In this document: positions 1 to 9,869 of the stretch, piece by piece
Layout: each line of letters begins with the position of its first letter
Numbering within the stretch: the first letter of the stretch is position 1
Assembly: GCF_006345805.1 (NCBI RefSeq)
Contig: NC_043012.1
Coordinates: forward strand, 19,530,001 to 19,594,000
DNA: 64,000 nt
Direction: 5' to 3'
Origin: Octopus sinensis
Lineage: Eukaryota
The notes under the pieces: generated by a model
What the model was told of the DNA's origin: nothing
Database searches by the model: none
Seen by the model: the letters and a program-made list of their open reading frames with translations, nothing else
Made by a program: the position numbers and the translations under genes

Positions 1-83
1 TATTTAATTTATATTAAAATTTTATGTATTGATTAAGTCTTTCCTTGTTTGGTTTTAAAATAGTGGTTTTGTCTCGAATTATA
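1..83 (+). repeat. 3' tail fragment of the HHR-bearing fold-back family seen at 32409-32735
   Basis: ttatattaaaattttatgtattgattaagtctttccttgttt...aatagtggttttgtctcgaatt nearly identical to 32654-32727; followed by (TA)n. Confidence 0.85.
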
Positions 84-703
84 TTATATATATATATATA
101 TATTTAAACAATATATATAAGAAGAAACTCACAGACAATATATACACAAAACAATTCACATAGGTGAGTGAGAATACGAGACCTCATTCTTATGTTTTGA
201 ATTCGTTGGTACTGGTCATTGGATATAGTTTGTCTGATGTTACTTGAATCGGATAGGTATGTTTCATTTTTTCAGTGCTCACAAATTTAAAAGCTTGAAA
301 TAATGTGCTGAAGAGGAAAATGATCGAATGGAAATGTGATTTTTGCATTTTTCATATCTCTCTAACTCCAAAACGCATCCACAGTTAACCAAAAGCCGAG
401 TGAATTTCGTTGTTTTTCCTCTGTGAATTGTTTTGAGTATATATTATCAGGGAGATTCTTCTTATAGTAGAAGAAAGAGCTAGGTTCTTTGGCTGCAATT
501 TCTAAAGTTCTTTAGGAGGTGAAGCAAATGTTTTTGCTGAACCCTAACTGTAATTATACTCATAATTATAAAAAAATATTGTTTAAGTTTAACCGAAAAT
601 GGTCCTTTTAACATGCCGAATACTACATGGTGAAATTATTAATAATTAATTAATTAATTATTTACCCGTTATTATCATTGATATAATATAATATATAGAT
701 ATC

Positions 704-738
<35 letters not shown>

Positions 739-899
739 CGTATTTTTGCCATTTCAATATGGCTAACCCCTAAGGGTGGATGCTACTGTAGTTTTTAGCC
801 CCAGGAGGACACATTCCTCCAGCTGGCCATAGACACACTATCGTGTCCTGTCAGTATTTGCAAAGGGAAGTTCATCCTTCCCGTCTTCAACTTATGATA

Positions 900-944
900 C
901 ACACTGACTCGAGTTTCGAGGTATTGACCTCTCGTCACCGTGTG
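900..944 (-). ncRNA. Hammerhead ribozyme motif, array copy 1 (core C3 changed to G)
   Basis: Reverse complement: cacacg-GTGACGA-gagg-tcaata-cctc-GAAAC-tcga-GTC-agtgtg. Confidence 0.7.
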
Positions 945-1251
945 ACAATCATAGTTAGTTGTCGCCGAGATAGATTTCCTTCACAAATACTTATACTTTT
1001 TCCAGCGCCCACTGTCGCTGATATTGAAAAAGTGAAATCAAACAATGATAAATATCAAAGTGAGTTATATACAGTAGCGGTAACACATCGGACGTATTTT
1101 TGCCATTTCAATATGGCTAACCCTAAGGTTGGATGCTACTGTAGTTTTTAGCCCCAGGAGGACACACTCCTCCAGCTGGCATAGACACACTATCTGTGTC
1201 CTGTCAGTATTTGCAAAGGGAAGTCATCCTTCCCGTCTTCAACTTATGATA

Positions 1252-1296
1252 CACACGGACTCGAGTTTCGAGGTATTGACCTCTCGTCAGCGTGTG
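1252..1296 (-). ncRNA. Type I hammerhead ribozyme, array copy 2, intact catalytic core
   Basis: Reverse complement: cacacg-CTGACGA-gagg-tcaata-cctc-GAAAC-tcga-GTC-cgtgtg; 6-bp stem I, 4-bp stem II, palindromic stem III ACTCGAGT, GUC cleavage triplet. Confidence 0.92.
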
Positions 1297-1363
1297 ACGA
1301 GTATTTGCAAAGGGGCGCTGGAAAAAGTATAAGTATTTGTGAAGGAAATCTAATTCTCGGCGA

Positions 1364-1435
1364 CAACTATGATTGTCACACACGCTGACGAGAGGTCAAT
1401 ACTCTCGAACTCGAGTCCGTGTGTATCATAAGTTG
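1364..1435 (+). ncRNA. Hammerhead motif, array copy 3, with full extended stem I (GAAA reads GAA here)
   Basis: caactatgat-tgt-cacacacg-CTGACGA-gaggtcaatactctc-GAAC-tcga-GTC-cgtgtg-t-atcataagttg. Confidence 0.7.
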
Positions 1436-1733
1436 AAGACGGGAAGATGACTTCCCTTTGCAAATACTGACAGGACACAGATAGTGTGTCTATGGCCAGC
1501 TGGAGGAGTGTCCCTCCTGGGCTAAAAACTACAGTAGCATCCACCCTTAGGGGGTAGCCATATTGAAATGGCAAAAATACGTCACGATGTGTTACCGTTC
1601 TGCTACTGTATATAACTCACTTTGATATTTATCATTGTTTGATTTCACTTTTTCAATATCAGCGACAGTGGGCGCTGGAAAAAGTATAAGTATTTGTGAA
1701 GGAAATCTGATTCTCGGCGACAACTATGATTGT

Positions 1734-1793
1734 CACACGCTGACGAGATCAGAGGTCCATAACTTCGAAACTCGAGTCAGTGTTATCATATAG
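1734..1793 (+). ncRNA. Hammerhead motif, array copy 4 (stem II disrupted)
   Basis: cacacg-CTGACGA-gatcagaggtccataacttc-GAAAC-tcga-GTC-agtgt. Confidence 0.6.
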
Positions 1794-2003
1794 TTGAAGA
1801 CGGGAAGGATGACTTCCCTTGCAAATACTGACAGACACAGATAGTCTGTTTCTATGCCAGCTGGAGGAGTGTGTCCCCTTCTGTCCCATCCTGGGGCAAA
1901 AAATCGTACGATGTGTGCCAATATCATATATCATGTCACTTTTTTTATCAGCATTCACTGGATACTTTTGTATATCAATTCCGGAAATCACTAGTATACT
2001 CAG

Positions 2004-2047
2004 CAACCGCTGACGAGAGGTCAATACCTCGAAACTCGAGTCGTGTG
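2004..2047 (+). ncRNA. Hammerhead motif, array copy 5 (core, stems II and III intact; stem I 5' strand damaged)
   Basis: caaccg-CTGACGA-gagg-tcaata-cctc-GAAAC-tcga-GTC-gtgtg. Confidence 0.7.
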
Positions 2048-2277
2048 TATCATAAGTTGAAGACGGGAAGGATGACTTCCCTTTGCAAATACTGACAGGA
2101 CACAGAAAGTGTGTCTATGCCAGCTGGAGGAGTGTGTCCTCCTGGGCTAAAAACTACAGTAGCATCCACCCTTAGGGGTTAGCCATATTGAAATGGCAAA
2201 AATACGTCACGATGTGTTACCGCTACTGTATATAACTCACTTTGATATTTATCATTATATATATATATATATATCTA

Positions 2278-2455
2278 TATTCTTTTCCTCCGTTTTCCTA
2301 TTTTCTTGGACTTTCCCGTGTCTTCTGTTTCTGAAGAGCTTAGCTGGAAACGTAAAACACCCTTTCTTTCCTTCTCGGAGTGTCTTATTTATATACTGCA
2401 TGTGTCAGGTCCTCGGGTTTTTTTTCTTGTCCTTTCTCCGTTTTTCAGAACTCTG
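2278..2455 (+). mobile_element. Short PLE-terminus-like element with degenerate minimal hammerhead (2326-2359)
   Basis: tgttt-CTGAAGA-gcttagctg-GAAAC-GTA-aaaca; flanked by (TA)n on both sides; tail resembles the reverse complement of the 25024 and 36783 elements. Confidence 0.6.
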
Positions 2456-2810
<355 letters not shown>

Positions 2811-3084
2811 AAAAGTTTGTTTGGTAGAGCACGTGGGTGAATATATAAGAAAATAGTAAAGTGTGAAAAAACGACAGAAGGCTTAAATGTTAATTATTTT
2901 AATTAGTATATCCAAGAACGGGAGCTCCTTTTGGTTGTATTCCATTGTGAACAGTATATTTGGGTTTATGCTGTTCAATAGGTTTTTAAATTTTAGGAGT
3001 TTATCTATGTTTTCATTCCAGAGAATGAAACAATCGTCTAGGAATCGTTTCCAATTCTCTTTTATGTATTGAGAGAGGGATATA

Positions 3085-3990
3085 CTAATTAAAAAAAATA
3101 ACCTTAAAATAGAAACAGACATTTTTTACAAAGCCACAGACGCCAAACAATACCTTCTTTTTAATTCATGCCACCCAATACACACTAAAACAAACATCCC
3201 CGTCAACCTTGCAAGAAGGATATGCACAATAGTGTCAGAACAAAATACCAGGAACTTTAGACTGCAAGAACTCAAAAACACCCTAATTGACAGACATTAC
3301 CCAGCTCAACTCATAGAGGATGGGATCAGACGTGCAACAGAAATCAACATAGAAACTTAAGAAAAGTTCAACACAACAAACACCTTCCCGAAAATACTAC
3401 TTACATATCTACATACAACCCCAGAAACAAAGAAGCCTTCACCATCATCACCCAGAATTTACCAATACTTCATAAAAACCCAAAATTAAGGAAATTCTAA
3501 ACATACACCAAATCATTAAAGCTACACACAGCCTAAATCACTTAAAAAGATTCTCACAAAGGCAAAATTGTCTTCTAAAATTACGGATGCAAAAGTAAAA
3601 AAAATGTGGTAGATCGAACTGTGCAACATGTCCTAACCTATTGGAAGGATCAGAATTCTTCTTAAAGAGGGACAGAATTCAAGATCAAATCTACTTTACT
3701 TGTGCCTCTGAAAACATAATTTATGTTATTAAATGCTCGGGCTGCCACCAAGACTACGTGGGTTCCACGGGACTATCACTCAGGCGTAGATGCACACTGC
3801 ATCGACAACAGATTGCATTGCCAGAATATAGAATGATACCTTTTAGTGAGCACATTGAGAAATGCGCAAAGCACTACTGCCACAATTTTTAATCTTCCCA
3901 TTTTACCAATGTGCTTTCGGATCATCAACACAAATGAGACTGAACAGGAAACATTCTACATTGAAAAGTACAAACCCAGACTCAACCATC
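3085..3990 (+). pseudogene. Frameshifted PLE RT-thumb / GIY-YIG endonuclease coding remnant
   Basis: Motifs as above; stop at ~3358 and frameshifts; includes track ORF 3641-3892. Confidence 0.85.
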
Positions 3991-4152
3991 CGAACATACT
4001 GACACAGAGAAATTAACAAGGGAAAGGGGAAAAAAAAATTTTAAGGGATTATCTCCCTTACACTGGAAGAAATCACTCAATACCTCCCCTTATTTAGAAA
4101 TCTCCTGAAAATAACAAAACGATAACTCCATGCAATATAAACATAACGTCAC

Positions 4153-4192
4153 AAGAAATTTGAAAAGCTACACGCGAAACCGGTAGTTTCTT
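4153..4192 (+). ncRNA. Degenerate minimal hammerhead in the PLE 3' terminal repeat
   Basis: aagaaat-TTGAAAA-gc-tacac-gc-GAAAC-CG-GTA-gtttctt; 7-bp stem I, palindromic ACCGGT, core CUGANGA decayed. Confidence 0.55.
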
Positions 4193-4323
4193 TAAAAATT
4201 TTAAAATTATGTCATTTTAAGGAAAGGAAAAAAATTTCCAATATATTCTCCAGACATTTTGACACAAATATATATTGTTTTAACATTAAGCCTTCTGTCG
4301 TTTTTTTCACACTTTACTATTTT

Positions 4324-4362
<39 letters not shown>

Positions 4363-5400
4363 TATATATATATTATATATATATATATATATATAGATGT
4401 ATATACATATATATGTATGTATATATATATTATATGTGTGTGTGTGTGTGTATACGTGTGTGTATGCATTACATCAGGGACGAAATACGGAATACCAATA
4501 TTTCAAATAGGGTGTTTGCCTATTTAGCGACGCTTTTTACATCCAACTTTTGAAACAAATTACAGGACGCCGGCAAGAAATCATGTATAATACCAATGAG
4601 AATCATTATATTTGCGCGTCATAATGATAATTAAATGGAGACTGTAACAACTACTTTGAAAGTCATATTCTCAACATTCGACTCAGGATTAGCCATGATC
4701 TATGTAGTCAATAATATTAACTGATATTGTTGTAGTGTCACGGTCCTTATGTAAATTGTGCGAGAATATGTGTGCTCGGGAACAATGAGAGTAAACCTGC
4801 TCTAAAGAACTCTATCGTTCTATGGCTTCCTTAAACACCAAGTTTATAAATTTTAGTTACAAGTGTTCACGAAGTATTAAATTTTGATCGCCAAAATGTT
4901 GCGGAGAATATTTCTTTCTACAATGCACAAAAAAACAAAACAAAAAGAATGGATTGGCTAGTATTCCTATCCCAGTAATTTCATTGGCTGTTTTAAAAAA
5001 TTATTTATTTATTGTTTTATTAGTAAATTTTTGGTCTCCATTTTATCTAATTCGTTCCATTCGACACTCATCCTGTCTTTCGCATTGCCTTTCATTTATT
5101 TTCCACTCTGCGAACAATAAACTTTTGTATTATAACTTCTGATAAAACATTTTCTATAATATATGTATCAGTTTTATTACTTTTAAATTCACAGCATATT
5201 TACAAGCTGTATATTGAGTTTTAATGAAATTTGTACCTTCATACTTTCGTTTATTTGTATATTGTTGTCGTATCTTGATACAGTTTTATAAATGCTTATT
5301 TCTTTAGATTACATATTTTTTCCTTGTACCCTTTTCGTATTTCCGAATGTTAATTCTGATTTTCATATAATTCGTTTCTTCAAAGTTTCTACGCCATATA

Positions 5401-5596
5401 GAGTTCTATATTTACGAGATGGGGAATTATGAACATTATTTACAATTGATGGATATTTGTTAACTCAACGTTTCAGCTAATATAGCCTCCAGTCTTCATC
5501 AGGTGTCTTGGGAAAATTTCGAAGCTGGATTCTCATTCCTAAAGTATTTTTCGATGTTGTTGTTGTTGTTGTTGTTATTATTATTATTATTGTTGC

Positions 5597-5654
<58 letters not shown>

Positions 5655-5772
5655 GTTGTTGTTGTTGTTGTTGTTGTTATTATTATTATTTTCTTTTTTT
5701 ATTATTATTCGGGAATCGAACTTGGAATCTTGGGGTTAGTAGCCCGCGCTCTTAACCACTACACCATATGCT
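5401..5772 (-). mobile_element. Composite SINE-like element: tRNA-derived head (5709-5772) + (AAT/AAC)n + hammerhead-bearing tail (5401-5555)
   Basis: Minus strand: A-box TGGTGTAGTGG, B-box GTTCGATTCC; then microsatellite; then gacac-CTGATGA-agactggaggctatattagct-GAAAC-GTT-gagtt (5462-5507). Confidence 0.65.
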
Positions 5773-5784
5773 CCTGGGCAATTA

Positions 5785-6482
5785 TCTAATATTCTCTGTC
5801 CTTCCTTAATACCGGTTCCCGTACGCTGTTTATATCTGCACTCGATCTGTTTTGGAGGTTGTTCTGTCCTAGCATATCTGCTGCTTGTTTTAGTTTTCGT
5901 ATTTTCCAGTGGTGTTCTCTGTCTATTATTGGAACTTCCTCTCAGAGGGGTAGGTGGTCTCCATTTTTGTATACTTGATCAGCTATAACCCTTTTATTAA
6001 TATCTCCCCGTGTCACAGCTTTGGAATGGTCCTCTAGCCTTATTTTGAGTGGGTGGTATGTTTCGCCTTTGTATAACATACCACGGCTGTATGTGATGGA
6101 GTACATGCAGTTCTTAGTCGTATTCTCTTCTGTTGGTGGTTTTACTCGAAGCAGATGTTTGCGAAGAGTTGTAATACATTTGAATATTATACTGATGTCA
6201 TATGTGCCGCATATCTTTTCTATATTTTCGGAGAGGCATTTCACATAGGGTAGACAGACTGTCGAGAGCTTATCGGTTTCATCCTCACTTTCCTTCATAA
6301 CTGGAATGGAGAGTATGCTTTTGGAGTAGTTGTTGCTTAATATATTGCTATTGAGCTTGATAATTTCTTCCTAGAGGCTATCCCGTTCGCTACTTATATT
6401 CATTGCTGGACCATACTTCAACATCAACTCCCACCATCCATACAGTGTAAAGAGAGGGATTGCTCAATGCCTAAAACATGAC
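5785..6482 (-). mobile_element. 5'-truncated Penelope-like element (Poseidon-type, no Cys linker) with short 5' inversion
   Basis: Track ORF 5942-6298: VCLPYVKCLSENIEKIC...FKCITTLRKHL...KNCMYSI...LYKGETYHPLKIRLEDH; + strand 6408-6482 encodes the upstream thumb motif YFNINSHHPYSVKRGIAQCLKH. Confidence 0.85.
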
Positions 6483-7669
6483 AAATTCTACTGTAGAAAA
6501 CATTTTTCTAGGCAAGGCAATAAATCTATTAAATATACTGTTTTAAAAAAATATTTGAATTCAATGAAATCTGCCTGTATATTTATTTCCTTTAAAATTA
6601 ATATTTTTTACTATAATAAGAAATATAATTAGAATTGTTCAAGATATTGGTTCCTATATCTTCATTGCATATATTTTATACTGAAACCAAGTACATAATA
6701 TGAACGCTCGGAAAAAGAAAATTCATTATCTAAAATTATTTTCTATATAATAGTGAATAATATAATACTAATTTGATAAAAAAATCAAGTAATAAGTTTG
6801 CAATAACTCTGTATACTAACAAGTGCTAGCAATAAGAGTTATGAGAATATATCAACTATAGACTATGAAGAAAATTTGATCATATGAATAGTGAAACCAT
6901 GGCGAATATAATTTTTTTTAAATGCAAAAGATAGTCAATGCATTTACCGGAAGGCAAGTGGAGCTACCTGCACTTGTTAGGGCAAAGTTAGTTTGTTAGT
7001 CAAACTTCATGCAAAATAAAAATAAAGCCTGCAATTCAGCTATATTTTTTGTCAACTTACTTGAAAAAAATATCTACATCTTGCTACTCCGAAAAGCCAA
7101 TCATAATATCTAAAAGCAAACATTTTGTCAATTTACCCCAAGAAATAATAATCTAAATTCTGCTACTTTTAATACTGAATTAAAGTTTGAAAGCAAAGGA
7201 AAAAAAAGACAAAAACTTATTAAATGTATTTTCAGAAGTTCTTACAACTTTGGTCGTCGTAGTGCTTTACTTACGTTTGTTTAATAAAAATTCCCCCCTC
7301 TACTGATTTTTCTTTCATTTTGGGATATACACCTATCAGGCAGGAAATACCAGCTTCTAAAGCCTGTTTTCGGATTAGGTGAACATTTTTAAACTTTCAA
7401 CCTCACTAACATTTTTTCTGCAATAAGTATGTGGTTATGTACGTATGTATATGTGTGTGTGTGCGTGTATGCATGTATGTATGTTGCATGAATGGATGGA
7501 TGTGTGTGCGTCTGTGTATTTAAGAAAGTATGTATGCAGCGTCGCGTGTATAACCCTGACATTGATTTCATGCGTTATACTCCCGTTTTGACCTACTATA
7601 TATGTAATCTCTAATTATTTTCTAGTGAGCCAAATTTCATGATTTGTAGCTCAAAATGTAGCTAAGGAG

Positions 7670-8984
7670 GTGACCAATCTAAAAATGTAGAAATAGCATG
7701 AAATTTGATAAAAATCTGATAAGTGACAAAGCCTAGGCGTGGTCAAGAGTGAGTAAATGTTGACCTTAAGAATAGTATTCGCACACTGCCGTATGTGAAT
7801 GATATTTATTACAGTAGAGTGTATTCTATGAATATGAGGTAGATCTTTGCAAGATATCTACATACTGAATTGAATCACACATACTGCAAAACTGGTTTCC
7901 AATTTTGGCAGAAGGCAATCAAATTCGGAAGGGATGTACTTTGATTGCATTGATCTCAGTGCTCAGTTGATACGCCTTTTATCGAGTACCGAAAAACTAA
8001 ACTTGGCGGGATTTGAACTTAGAATGTAGAGACAGACGAAATGGCACGAACTTTCCACTCTGCGTGTTAACGGCTCTGCCAGCTTGTTGTCTTAATTCTG
8101 TAATAATTAATAATACTACTTGAAAATAGTTTTGCGCAATTTTGGCACATTTAGAATATATAACTATTTCATTTTGAATATTTTTGAAAAGATTGGTACC
8201 ACGGCAATTGTCTTGATGAGTCCAATCAAAAACAAAAACAGAATCTTTACACTAAATCAGAATGGTTAGGTTTTGGATTTGTTTGTATGCGTACCACTGT
8301 TTGCGGCACATTTGGCCACAGTATACTTTAAAATTTATTTTTATTTATTTTTTTATATAATTTGCTTCATGGGACTCCTGTAGTCGAGATCTATCAGAAA
8401 AGCAAAACCTAAATTTTGTTGTCTTTTGAAAGAAGAATAATATTTGGAGTGATAATCGATTTCTGGCGTTAATCTCCGAATTTTATATTTCGTCGGTTTT
8501 TATATCGTACATTTTTTCTACATAATATTTTTGCATATAATTAACACGGATAAATTCTTGTCGCCGAGATCTATCATATATGCTAAAATAAAATATATAT
8601 TTATTTTAAAAATATTTGAGCTCAAAGTCGATTTCAGGAGTTATTCATCCTCACGTATTTGATTCAAACTTTTTCTCTACTCAACCAAGTTTTCAAACAG
8701 TTACCCTCGAAATGTGTCTTGCGATGTGACCAATCTAAAATTGTAAACAACATCTGATTTGCATAAAAACTAAGTGACAAAGTCTGGTGAGTAAATGTTG
8801 ACCTTAAGAATATTATTCACACACTATCGTGCGTGGATGAAATTTTTTGAAACGATGAGCACACGACGTTCGTTTTGATGAGTTTTATCATATGAGGTAA
8901 AAAAAAATGTTTAGGTTTTGAATTTGATTTTAGACGTTACCAATTGTCTCAGCACATTTGGTCTCAGTAGACTTTTTAATTGAA

Positions 8985-9024
<40 letters not shown>

Positions 9025-9254
9025 GGAGATCTAGCAGAAAAGTCGAATTTCAATATAGTTCTCTTTTGAAATACGAATAATATTTGTAATCAAAATCGAT
9101 TTCAGGCGTTAATCTCCCTCGGTTTTTTTATTATTTGTTTTTGCCGGTTCTTACCTCAGTCCCTTTTTTCTGCCGAATAGTTTTTCAAATAAGTAACATG
9201 GATAGATTTCTCTCGACGAGATCTATCATACAAGCTAAAATACAATATAGATTT

Positions 9255-9260
<6 letters not shown>
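7670..9260. repeat. Old diverged local tandem duplication (unit A ~7670-8600, unit B ~8725-9260)
   Basis: Colinear shared blocks: gtgaccaatctaaaa...agtaaatgttgaccttaagaata (7672/8727), ttaggtttt...gcacatttgg (8266/8911), gagatcta.cagaaaag...aatcgatttc.ggcgttaatctcc (8385/9025), cgagatctatcata (8566/9218). Confidence 0.7.
7890..8095 (+). mobile_element. Decayed SINE-like fragment
   Basis: gattgcattgatctcagtgctcagttgatac...cttggcgggatttgaacttagaatgtag...aacggctctgccagc resembles a common cephalopod SINE as I recall it; absent from the duplicated unit B. Confidence 0.5.
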
Positions 9261-9345
<85 letters not shown>

Positions 9346-9473
9346 AGTTTAACAATTAAGGATATCTCTTAATAAGGGATCTTAACAAGAAATTATCGGG
9401 TAGCTAGCGTGAAAACCTCATAAAAGAAAAGAATTCGAAAATAATTTTTTTCTTTTGAACAATTAATTATATC

Positions 9474-9826
9474 TATATTGTATAGAGGGCATTATTACAC
9501 ATAAATGCCTCACACTAGGAGGGACAAAGTCATTACTACCAAAATTATACCAATCATACCCAAATGCAGTTTTTCAAAGCAAGACATTTAAAAAAAAGCA
9601 AGACATTTAACAAAATATTAAAAAATGAATTTAGTTCTGTATCACCGTGATTTCACATTCAACTTACGTCGTAAGTTGAATGTGAAATCACGGTGATACA
9701 GAACTAAATTCATTTTTTTAAATGTCTTGCTTTGAAAAACTGCATTTGGGTATGATGGTATAATTTTGGTAGTAATGACTTTGTCCCTCCTAGTGTGAGG
9801 CATTTATGTGTAATAATGCCCTCTAT

Positions 9827-9834
<8 letters not shown>
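9474..9834. repeat. Near-perfect fold-back palindrome (~165-bp arms, 1-nt loop at 9669) beside (TA)n
   Basis: tattgtatagagggcatt...cattcaacttacg-t-cgtaagttgaatg...aatgccctctatacaata; left arm has a ~28-nt internal duplication. Confidence 0.92.

Positions 9835-9869
<35 letters not shown>

Larger units (their letters stand above)
735..2256. mobile_element. Retrozyme-like tandem array of ~355-bp hammerhead-containing monomers (about 1.6 units on -, about 2.7 units on +, head-to-head)
   Basis: gacgtatttttgcc recurs at 737 and 1091 (period 354); CTGACGA cores at 1385 and 1740 (period 355) and 2010 (shortened unit); five HHR motifs; orientation flips at ~1299-1313; both ends abut (TA)n; no coherent ORF. 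Confidence 0.85.
2841..4330 (+). mobile_element. 5'-truncated, 5'-inverted Penelope-like retroelement (Neptune-type linker)
   Basis: + strand RT thumb (IETDIFYKATDAKQYLLFNSCHPIHTKTNIPVNLARRICTIVS), Cys linker KKCGRSNCATC, GIY-YIG (NIIYVIKCSGCHQDYVGSTGLSLRRRCTLHRQ); RT core RFLDDCFILW...FTMEYNQKELPFLD inverted at ~2893-3077; 2841-2891 is the reverse complement of the 3' end 4282-4330. Confidence 0.9.

Noticed and set aside
843-2095. Short ORFs within the array (60-102 aa) as coding genes
   Set aside because: Frames differ between units, are broken by indels and show no recognisable domain
735-2256. CRISPR array or simple satellite interpretation of the tandem repeat
   Set aside because: Units are ~355 bp with no unique spacers and no cas genes, in a eukaryotic context. 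The ribozyme, the central inversion and a dispersed copy argue against a plain satellite.
5709-5772. Functional tRNA gene
   Set aside because: A and B boxes are present, but the anticodon stem pairs only 3 bp, there is no acceptor-stem 3' strand, and it runs into a microsatellite; better explained as a SINE head
9474-9834. MITE (DNA transposon) interpretation of this and the other palindromes
   Set aside because: No short TIR plus internal spacer with a clear TSD; arms are whole-element mirror images with asymmetric tails and hammerhead parts, which fits retro-derived fold-backs better. Not formally excluded because TA TSDs would be invisible in (TA)n.
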